This document shows positions 17,609 through 24,455 of a DNA stretch of 41,101 nt, one piece after another. Source of the stretch: a virus (lineage: Duplodnaviria > Caudoviricetes); the IMG/VR virus record IMGVR_UViG_3300010362_000009, positions 1 through 41,101 of that record; one strand, given 5' to 3'. The notes below the pieces were generated by a model, which was not told the origin of the DNA, did not search any database, and worked only from the letters and a program-made list of their open reading frames with translations. The position numbers were made by a program, and so were the translations under genes. Each line of letters begins with the position of its first letter. Positions within the stretch are counted from its first letter, which is position 1.

Positions 17609-18513
17609 GAGCGTTTCTTCGCGACGGCGATAACCTCGACGTCGTCCATGCCCGCGGTGAATGTGGCGATTTCAGCGCGTGCCGCGGCAGCGGCTTCGGC
17701 GAAGCCTTTGGCGGCGACGACCACGGTCTCGGTGCGAACGACCGTGTAGGTGACTGTCCATTCAGTCAACCCGGAAACCACCCCGTTGGTGGGGGCGGGC
17801 TCAACCGTGGGAGACGATACTGCGGGTGTGCTTTGAGGCATGGGTGCTGCTCCTGTCAGCTTGATGGTGAGTTCGGCTGGCGTTCTCCGCGCCGGCCAGG
17901 ACTGGTGCTTACGCAGCGGCACGTCGTGCTCGCGCAGGATGGCGTAGAGCGTGGTCGTGGCGATGTTGCAGACGTCGCAGATGCTGACCACGGTCATGCC
18001 GTCCTGGTAGGCGTCGATCACTTCTTTGACCTGAGCGAGGCTTAGGTGCGAATCCTGACCGCCGGCGTGGACGTGGCGCGTCAACGCTGGTGGCTCGGGT
18101 TCGGGCTCCGCCTTCAGCGGCTTGGGCAGTGGCAGGGGCGTCACGTCCTGCATGTTGACCTTCAAAAGCTCGTTTGAGACTGCCTCGAGCGCCTGCTCGT
18201 CGGTTTTGCCGGCGATCAGTTTGTCGAGCTCCATGTCGTAAATGGCGTTGCGGATGGCGCGGCTCGGCGGGGTCGGGCCTTTCTTTTCACCGACCAGGTG
18301 ATACTGAGTGCCGCCTTCCTGTTGCGCGTCGCCATCGCCGATGCCGTGCTGCCGTTTGAGTTGGCGGCGGCGTTTCACGTCTAGCCTTTCTGCCGCGATC
18401 TGCGGCTTGATGTAGGTGAAGTAGCAGTGCGCGCACTGGTCGTGACCGGCGTGCGCGGTGCCCATGCAGCCGTCACCCTGGTACTGGCAACGGCGATGCG
18501 ACGTGGAGGGCAT
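17605..18513 (-). CDS. Putative DNA-binding regulator: Cys-rich N-terminus plus helix-turn-helix, 302 aa
   Basis: CQYQGDGC...CAHC; EVIDAYQDGMTVVSICDVCNIATTTLYAILREH is a resolvase-like HTH. Confidence 0.7.
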   Translation of the reverse strand: MPSTSHRRCQYQGDGCMGTAHAGHDQCAHCYFTYIKPQIAAERLDVKRRRQLKRQHGIGDGDAQQEGGTQYHLVGEKKGPTPPSRAIRNAIYDMELDKLIAGKTDEQALEAVSNELLKVNMQDVTPLPLPKPLKAEPEPEPPALTRHVHAGGQDSHLSLAQVKEVIDAYQDGMTVVSICDVCNIATTTLYAILREHDVPLRKHQSWPARRTPAELTIKLTGAAPMPQSTPAVSSPTVEPAPTNGVVSGLTEWTVTYTVVRTETVVVAAKGFAEAAAAARAEIATFTAGMDDVEVIAVAKKRS

Positions 18514-18843
18514 TTAGCCCTCCTGTTTCGCGTAGGCGCGCTCCGCGTCTCGCGCTTTGCGCGCTCGTTCTTGAGCGGGTTCGCGGAACGCGACCTTGGT
18601 GTCGTCCGTCCAGGAGCGCACGCCCGGAAAGCGGGCAAGCTCGCCAAGCTGGTCAAGGAACATGCCGATCGGCAGGTAGCTTTTGAACTTGGCGCAGCCC
18701 TCGCTGCCCAGGTCGCGCACCGTAAAGACCGTGCCGCCGTCGTAGTCCGCGGCGACGCTGACGACGTCGGCGACGTTCAGGTAAATGGGCAGCGTTTCTT
18801 GACCGCTGTAAGTGATTTGAGGAACTTCGATAAACGAGGTCAT
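18514..18843 (-). CDS. Hypothetical protein, 109 aa (MTSFIEVP...IYLNVADVVSV)
   Basis: GGAGG SD and ATG 18843; the longer ORF-track call is a shadow extension. Confidence 0.75.
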   Translation of the reverse strand: MTSFIEVPQITYSGQETLPIYLNVADVVSVAADYDGGTVFTVRDLGSEGCAKFKSYLPIGMFLDQLGELARFPGVRSWTDDTKVAFREPAQERARKARDAERAYAKQEG

Positions 18844-18863
18844 CCAATCCTCCGAAGGGGAGA

Positions 18864-18879
18864 GGGGGCTTACGCCCCC
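18864..18879 (-). terminator. GC hairpin GGGGGC-GTAA-GCCCCC over the stop codon; weak terminator or processing signal
   Basis: 6-bp stem with a GNRA loop, followed by TCTCCCCTT (poor U-tract). Confidence 0.35.
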
Positions 18880-19244
18880 GCCTCCAGGTGCCGCTGAATA
18901 CCAGCGGTGAGCTCTCGGGCTTCCGAGCCACGGCCAAACTTGTGGCTCTCCACGCCGTAGTGGCGCGCGAGCGAGCGGATGAGGGTCAGGCCGTACAGAC
19001 CCGTCATCGACTCCTGGCGCTCGCCGGTCTCGGACGAGAAGATCGAGCCCTTGTACGAGTTGTCGCTCTTCTCTACCGTGGTGAACGCATCGATGATGTA
19101 GGCGGAGCAACCGTCGTTCTTGAGCGCGACGGGGTTCCAGATGGTGTGGCCGTCGCCGCCGATCAGGTCCAGTACCTTGGCCTGGTCGGCAGCGGTGGTG
19201 TTGGCCCACGAGAACGTGGGCCGCTTGGCGGTCTTAGTCGTCAC
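18870..19244 (-). CDS. Hypothetical early protein, 124 aa
   Basis: GAGGAG SD; overlapping GTG start. Confidence 0.75.
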   Translation of the reverse strand: MTTKTAKRPTFSWANTTAADQAKVLDLIGGDGHTIWNPVALKNDGCSAYIIDAFTTVEKSDNSYKGSIFSSETGERQESMTGLYGLTLIRSLARHYGVESHKFGRGSEARELTAGIQRHLEAGA

Positions 19245-20163
19245 CGAAAATCTCCTCGTAGGTGCGGCTGTAGCCGCGGGCCTTTGCCTCAGCGAGGCTG
19301 ACAGGGGCGGTCCTGGTTGCTTCGACCAGGTCGAGCAGTTCGTCGGCGCTCTCCTGCACGCCGGTCTCGGGATCGATCTGCGGAGCCGCCGCAGCGGGGG
19401 CGGAGGCCGCTTGCGCGAGCCTCACGCTCATCGGAATGGCCTTGCGGCCCCACGGCAGGCCGTGCTTGTCGGCGCAGGTGGGGCCGTAGCCGGCGGTCAG
19501 GGACTCGGGTGTGTCCAGGTCGCGACCGCAGATGAAGCACTGCGAGCCTTCCTGGGCGAAGGCGAGTCCCGCGACCAGCCACTCGTCCTGGGTCTTGGCC
19601 TGGTCGAGGACGTCGACCGCGGCTTGGACTCGCGAGCGAAGCGCGCCAGCGCACGAGCGCCAGAGGCGGAAGTCGCCACTCGAGGCGATGTGCGCGACGC
19701 CCATCCACTCGTCGCCGTTGATGCGGGTCGAGACGATGCGCGAGCCTGTCAGCTTCGAATCCTGGCCGGCGAGGGACACGCGGATGGCAAGGTGGTCGCC
19801 GTCGGCAAGGGTGACGCGGTAGCGACCGTCGGGGAGCTCCTTCAGGTAAATGTGCGATTGGGCCGCGGGTGTAAACGTCGACGCCGGCGCGGCAGGCTTC
19901 GGGCGGTCGGCGAGGCGCCGTCGGGCGTCGGCCATCAGGCAGTTCAGGATGCCCTTGGACTGGTTGTCGTTGAACCAGAAGCCGCCGAGCGTGGCCTGGT
20001 CGCGCATCTGGAGCATGTAGTCGAAGTCGCCTTCGTATGTGGCGGCGTAAAGCTGCGCTGCCTGGCGGAGCTCGGGCGTGAGGTCGGAAGCCTCGAACTT
20101 GCGGCCTAGAGCGTTCCCGATGCGGAACGCGGCGTTGAACACTGCGCGCTGGTCAGGTGTCAT
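19234..20163 (-). CDS. DUF6011-like zinc-ribbon protein, 309 aa
   Basis: CFICGRDLDTPESLTAGYGPTCA; starts directly after promoter copy 1. Confidence 0.75.
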   Translation of the reverse strand: MTPDQRAVFNAAFRIGNALGRKFEASDLTPELRQAAQLYAATYEGDFDYMLQMRDQATLGGFWFNDNQSKGILNCLMADARRRLADRPKPAAPASTFTPAAQSHIYLKELPDGRYRVTLADGDHLAIRVSLAGQDSKLTGSRIVSTRINGDEWMGVAHIASSGDFRLWRSCAGALRSRVQAAVDVLDQAKTQDEWLVAGLAFAQEGSQCFICGRDLDTPESLTAGYGPTCADKHGLPWGRKAIPMSVRLAQAASAPAAAAPQIDPETGVQESADELLDLVEATRTAPVSLAEAKARGYSRTYEEIFGDD

Positions 20164-20200
20164 GATGGACTACTGTATCCCACCACGTCGGGGCTGTCAA
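20164..20200 (-). promoter_or_regulatory. Leaderless sigma70-type promoter, copy 1
   Basis: TTGACA(20200-20195)-N17-TACAGT(20177-20172)-AGTCCATC-ATG. Confidence 0.85.
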
Positions 20201-20427
20201 GCCCCGACTTTTGAACTGATATCGTCCGAGTCGAGGGGGATGATCATGGTCGGGCGGCGGTAGCCGGGGCGCTCACGGCGCCCGCGGGCGAGACCGTTGC
20301 TGACCGCGGTCATGACGTGGCTGATGCAGACGGGCGCGTAGCCCTCGAGGTTGCCGTGCTCCATGTCGGTCACCAGCGCGACCGCCTTCCTGGAGCAAAG
20401 CTGCGCGACGCAGGTTTTCGGAATCAT
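20197..20427 (-). CDS. Small Cys/His protein, 76 aa (possible zinc finger)
   Basis: GAGGT SD; TAATG coupling; C-x4-C...C-x2-H. Confidence 0.65.
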   Translation of the reverse strand: MIPKTCVAQLCSRKAVALVTDMEHGNLEGYAPVCISHVMTAVSNGLARGRRERPGYRRPTMIIPLDSDDISSKVGA

Positions 20428-20771
20428 TAGATACCTCTGTAGGCGCGGCGAGGGTCGCCGCGGCGGGTCATGCGCCAGTCATAGGCGTCGGCCAGGAGCA
20501 CGTAGCGCCAGTTCCGCGGGCGGATCGTCGGTCGATAGCTCGGCGCGGTGTTCAGCACCATCTCGTCCAGGGTGCGGAACGCGGTTATCTCGCGGGTGAG
20601 CCAGTTGAGGATCGGGGTCGGATTGGTGCGGAAGAGCATCCACCAGCCCTGGCAGATCGAGCGACCCTTGTCGTCGCTGATCCAGCCACCCTGGTTCCCG
20701 CGGAACCCCTGGGTCTTACCCCACTCTTTCGCGGCCTTGACCATCAGGTCGCCGTCCAGTTCGTATCGCAT
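20427..20771 (-). CDS. Hypothetical early protein, 114 aa
   Basis: Starts directly after promoter copy 2. Confidence 0.75.
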   Translation of the reverse strand: MRYELDGDLMVKAAKEWGKTQGFRGNQGGWISDDKGRSICQGWWMLFRTNPTPILNWLTREITAFRTLDEMVLNTAPSYRPTIRPRNWRYVLLADAYDWRMTRRGDPRRAYRGI

Positions 20772-20808
20772 GATGGATCACTGTAAGCCACCACGAAAAT
20801 CCTGTCAA
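20772..20808 (-). promoter_or_regulatory. Leaderless sigma70-type promoter, copy 2
   Basis: TTGACA(20808-20803)-N17-TACAGT(20785-20780)-GATCCATC-ATG. Confidence 0.85.
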
Positions 20809-20824
20809 GAGGCAGTTTGGTGGG

Positions 20825-20859
20825 TTGCGCGTGGCGAATAGCTGGTGTAGAGTTCGGGG
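20825..20859 (+). promoter_or_regulatory. Divergent rightward leaderless promoter
   Basis: TTGCGC(20825-20830)-N17-TAGAGT(20848-20853)-6 nt-ATG 20860. Confidence 0.6.
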
Positions 20860-21114
20860 ATGCCAAGCAATACCGACCTGATCCGTCGGGCACACGCCGC
20901 GTGGCTCCGCTCCGGTCCTGGTGGGCCGGAGCCGGTGTGGTCGGCGTCGACGGTCGAGGTCCACAAGGGGCGTACGTACGTGGTGCTGCGCCGCGGCGGG
21001 GAGACCGTCGCCATCTATCGCTACAAGCCCGCGACCGCCTTCACGCGCGACACGCTCAAGCTGCTGAAGCGGATGCCCACGCACGAGGGCGGCTACGCCG
21101 TGGCGGTCGCGTGA
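20860..21114 (+). CDS. Hypothetical protein, 84 aa
   Basis: First gene of the rightward operon; coupled to the next gene. Confidence 0.7.
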   Translation: MPSNTDLIRRAHAAWLRSGPGGPEPVWSASTVEVHKGRTYVVLRRGGETVAIYRYKPATAFTRDTLKLLKRMPTHEGGYAVAVA

Positions 21115-21359
21115 ACCGACCCGATCCGCGGTCCGCGTGGTTCGCGTGGAAGACGAATAACCCCGCCAAGGCGGAGGACGTGAGGGAGGTCTGGAGTGCC
21201 GCGTACCTGATGGGCGCTCGCGACGCCATCAAGGCTTCGGCGAAGTTGTCAGAGCTCGCACCGATGCTCGCGCAACTGATCTACTGGCTTGAATCCGACC
21301 CCGAGTGGGTCAACGGCGACGCAGTCGCAGACGAAGACGAAGTGAAGGTGACGACCTAA
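21111..21359 (+). CDS. Hypothetical protein, 82 aa (MNRPDPRSAWFAW...)
   Basis: GTGA overlap at 21111; TAATG coupling downstream. Confidence 0.7.
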   Translation: MNRPDPRSAWFAWKTNNPAKAEDVREVWSAAYLMGARDAIKASAKLSELAPMLAQLIYWLESDPEWVNGDAVADEDEVKVTT

Positions 21360-22036
21360 TGCCAATCCGAATGCAGAAACCGAGTGAAGGCGGCAACTTC
21401 TCGGTCGCGATCGAAGACCGCTTCGATATCAGCGAAGACCACGTTGTCGAGCTCATGTCGATGGACGAGTACAACGGCATCTCGAGCATCGACGGCAAGC
21501 CGTACACGTCGATCATGTGGCACTGCCGCATCTACGACGACCAGGGCATCGCGTTCCTGAACGAGATTGACCACGCGCCGTACGACTTTGTCGAGTTCTC
21601 GAGCATGAGCCTCGCGAAGGGCGCCAAGGGTCCGGCGAAGGCGAGGATGTGGGCGTCGGCGTTCCTGGCCCACGAGCTCTCCGAAGAGGAATGCGAGCGC
21701 ATCGCCGAGAACTTCGACGGCGCGCTGGTCGGCAAGAAGGCGCTGGCCTCGTTCGGCCTCGAGGACGACAAGAAGAACGGCGGCAAGAAGATGCGCTTCG
21801 CGCTGCTCCGTCCGGTGCCGGCTCGGCTCCGACCGCTGATGCGGGAGACGAACGGCTCGAGCCCGGTCGCGCCAGCGGCAACGCCGCCTCCCGCTGCGGC
21901 AGCGCCTTCAGCGCCAGGTCGCGAGACCGCGGCGCAGCGCAGGGCGCGGCTCCAGGCGGAGCTCGCGTCGATGGATAACGAAGACGACCCCGATGAGGTC
22001 GACGTGAGTGGTGCCGATGACGAACCCTTCAACTGA
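21359..22036 (+). CDS. Probable ssDNA-binding protein, 225 aa
   Basis: Beta-rich N-terminal domain, flexible Pro/Ala linker and acidic tail ending DDEPFN; located in the replication operon. Confidence 0.6.
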   Translation: MPIRMQKPSEGGNFSVAIEDRFDISEDHVVELMSMDEYNGISSIDGKPYTSIMWHCRIYDDQGIAFLNEIDHAPYDFVEFSSMSLAKGAKGPAKARMWASAFLAHELSEEECERIAENFDGALVGKKALASFGLEDDKKNGGKKMRFALLRPVPARLRPLMRETNGSSPVAPAATPPPAAAAPSAPGRETAAQRRARLQAELASMDNEDDPDEVDVSGADDEPFN

Positions 22037-23000
22037 AATTGTCGAGGCGAGGGATCAATCCCTCGCCGTTCTTTCCCCGACCGAGCAGCGCGTCCTGGTG
22101 CTGGTCGAAGAGTTCAAGCTGTCGTTCCGACGCACGCTCGAGCTCTCGATCGACCTGGGCGAGGCGCTCGAGGCACACAAGGCAACGCTCGATCACGGCG
22201 AATGGATGCCGTGGCTCGAGCAACACTTCGAGCTCGGCGACCGCATGGCGCGGCGCTTCATGGAGCTCTACACAAATCGGAAAGTTCTTTCCGATTTGCC
22301 GCCAGGGACGTCGACCGATGCCGCCATCCTGTGGCTGCGGAAGCAGCGTCGAGGTCCGCGTCCGGTTCGCATCGTTGGCGTCGACGCAGAGGCCCCTGAC
22401 AGGCCGCTGCTGCGCGGTTGCGGTCCAGACTGGTCTACAGGGGCCATCGTAAAGAGCATCGTCCTGGTGAGCTTTCCAGGGGCACGTATGGCGTTGGACG
22501 TCACGTACGGCAACGGCAACTTCTGGAGCGAGGGCGCCCCGATCCCGGTAACGGGTCACGATATGGACGAGGCCAGGGCGCCCGACGGCGTGATGGACTT
22601 CACTGACCTGAAGTACGACGACGCGACCTGGGACGTGGTCACCTTCGACCCGCCCCATCTCGCCGACGGCGGCGAGGACTCGGTGATGACCGGCAGGTTC
22701 GGCACGGTCGCGACCCAGGCGGCGCTGGACGACCTGATTATCGACGGCGTGCGCGAGGCGTGGCGCGTGTGCTCGATGGGCGTCATCGTCAAGGTGACCA
22801 ATCACGTCCACGGCCAGACGTTCCAGTACGAGCAGGCGCTGATCGAAGAGGCACTGGACTGGAAGATTCCGTACTACGACCTGGTCTACCAGTTCCGCGA
22901 CCACGCCTTCATCGACCCGTCCTGGGGCGTGCAGCGGTCGGCCTACAACAACGTGTCGGTGTACGCGGTGCTCAAGAAGGGATCACAGATTCATGGTTAA
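22017..23000 (+). CDS. DUF3102-like domain fused to a SAM-dependent (N6A/N4C-type) methyltransferase-like domain
   Basis: LGEAL..HK..LDHGEWMPWLE...RMARRFM; ALDVTYGNGNFW (motif I); DVVTFDPPH (motif IV). Confidence 0.7.
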   Translation: MTNPSTEIVEARDQSLAVLSPTEQRVLVLVEEFKLSFRRTLELSIDLGEALEAHKATLDHGEWMPWLEQHFELGDRMARRFMELYTNRKVLSDLPPGTSTDAAILWLRKQRRGPRPVRIVGVDAEAPDRPLLRGCGPDWSTGAIVKSIVLVSFPGARMALDVTYGNGNFWSEGAPIPVTGHDMDEARAPDGVMDFTDLKYDDATWDVVTFDPPHLADGGEDSVMTGRFGTVATQAALDDLIIDGVREAWRVCSMGVIVKVTNHVHGQTFQYEQALIEEALDWKIPYYDLVYQFRDHAFIDPSWGVQRSAYNNVSVYAVLKKGSQIHG

Positions 23001-23214
23001 TCCAGACGTCGAAGCGTACTGGCGCAACGAAGCGCAGAAGCATCCAGCGCGCTGGATATGGACCGACGACGGTCTGATGATCACCGCGGACCTCCCGATC
23101 ATCGACCAGCAAGGGCTGCGGAACTTCGAGATTCGCAGCCTGGTCCTGGACGATGACGACGTGGTCAGGCTGCGCGACTGGCTGATCAAGGAGACCGCCG
23201 ATGACGCTGACTGA
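22993..23214 (+). CDS. Hypothetical protein, 73 aa
   Basis: Overlap-coupled ORF with an SD-like element. Confidence 0.65.
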   Translation: MVNPDVEAYWRNEAQKHPARWIWTDDGLMITADLPIIDQQGLRNFEIRSLVLDDDDVVRLRDWLIKETADDAD

Positions 23215-23392
23215 CAAGGAAATCATGACCACGTTGGGAAGGATGCAGCCGGAGACCAGGGCGCTGTTCGATCTGCTGCCGCCCAAGCTCCAGGAGGTTT
23301 ACTTCGCGTTTTGGGAAACCCGTCCCGACCAGCACGGCTCGCACCGCGACACGCTGCCGGCGTTCATCGCGGGGCTCCTGGCCGATCGGTGA
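23201..23392 (+). CDS. Hypothetical protein, 63 aa
   Basis: AAGGAG SD. Confidence 0.7.
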   Translation: MTLTDKEIMTTLGRMQPETRALFDLLPPKLQEVYFAFWETRPDQHGSHRDTLPAFIAGLLADR

Positions 23393-23613
23393 AGACCTGG
23401 GTGGTGCGCCTGCCCAATAACGACCGCGACTGCTGGATCGGCAACGCCGAGACCGCCGTCGAGGCGGTCCAGTTCGCCATTGCCCGCGGGCGCATCAGCC
23501 TGGTCGATCGGTACGTCGTCTTCGACCATGACCTGAACCAGTTCGAGGTCGACGTACGCTCGAGGAATGGCAGTACTTCTGGCAGCGGTGATGCTGGTGT
23601 CGCAGGCGATTGA
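23389..23613 (+). CDS. Hypothetical protein, 74 aa (MKTWVVRLP...)
   Basis: GTGA overlap at 23389; high-GC3 frame. Confidence 0.6.
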   Translation: MKTWVVRLPNNDRDCWIGNAETAVEAVQFAIARGRISLVDRYVVFDHDLNQFEVDVRSRNGSTSGSGDAGVAGD

Positions 23614-23959
23614 CGTGACGCCCGCGGCTGAGCCCGAGACCGTGATCGAGACCGTCGAGGTTGAAGAGCCGGTCGTGGTCAAGCTCACCCCACGCGAGTA
23701 TTTGTATGCAGCCTACCCCTCGCTCGCGCGGCGGTTGGACTGCATGATTCGACTCGAGTCGACCTGGTACGCCGCGGCGTCAGGCGCTGGAGGTCGGTAC
23801 ATCGGGCTGGCGCAGTTTGACCGCCCAACGTGGGCGGAGACGCCGCAGGGCGCCGCGGGCGCTTCGAGAACGGACCCGTACGCCAGTATCGACGCGATGG
23901 CGTGGGGAGTGAGGAACCTGGGCTATGGACGTTGGCCGGTTACATCGCGCCGCTGCTAG
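23567..23959 (+). CDS. Exported lysozyme-fold/Rpf-like transglycosylase, 130 aa
   Basis: Hydrophobic N-terminus; CMIRLES (catalytic Glu), YIGLAQF...TW, G..RWP...C. Confidence 0.7.
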   Translation: MAVLLAAVMLVSQAIDVTPAAEPETVIETVEVEEPVVVKLTPREYLYAAYPSLARRLDCMIRLESTWYAAASGAGGRYIGLAQFDRPTWAETPQGAAGASRTDPYASIDAMAWGVRNLGYGRWPVTSRRC

Positions 23960-24332
23960 GCGGAAGCCACCGTCGCGGATCGTCCTGCGCGGCGATGGCG
24001 AGGATGAACTCGAGCGGTTCGTCGTAAAGACGGCGCATCTCTACGGGTGGCATGGCTTCCACGTCAGCTTCAGTCACGGTTCCGTCACAGGTGTGCACAC
24101 GCTCGGCCTGGGCGACGATCACTACGACTCCGACGGCTGGCCCGATTGGGTCTTCGTCCGCGGCAGGCGGATCATCTATCGCGAGCTCAAGGGAAGGGGC
24201 AAGTATCCAACTCCGTCGCAACGTGCGTGGCACTCCTGGCTCGCAGCCGCGGGCTGTGACGTGAAGGTCTGGCGACCGAAAGATGAACCTGAAATCGTGG
24301 CTACTTTCAGCGGGGCTGGAGACGTAAGCTAG
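23925..24332 (+). CDS. VRR-NUC-like PD-(D/E)XK nuclease, 135 aa
   Basis: GWPDWVFVR...RELK...PTPSQRAW...VWRP. Confidence 0.8.
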   Translation: MDVGRLHRAAARRKPPSRIVLRGDGEDELERFVVKTAHLYGWHGFHVSFSHGSVTGVHTLGLGDDHYDSDGWPDWVFVRGRRIIYRELKGRGKYPTPSQRAWHSWLAAAGCDVKVWRPKDEPEIVATFSGAGDVS

Positions 24333-24344
24333 ACCGCGGAATCT

Positions 24345-24420
24345 TTACAAACAGAAACGCCGTCCGTGGCTTTGGGTGAGTTGGGACGGCGTTCTGTGAA
24401 AGGACTTTGGGTGTGCTCTC
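24345..24420 (-). ncRNA. Candidate antisense RNA (~75 nt) in the replicase leader
   Basis: Minus-strand TTGCCG-N16-TACTAT (24454-24427) upstream; hairpin 24356-24365/24384-24393 followed by TCTGTTTGT. Confidence 0.4.
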
Positions 24421-24455
24421 AAGTGCATAGTACGACTTCCCGCGGCGACGGCAAT

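Noticed and set aside
24366-24455. Replicase start at GTG 24366
   Set aside because: The segment is a hairpin with atypical codons, and Prim-Pol similarity begins just after GTG 24456
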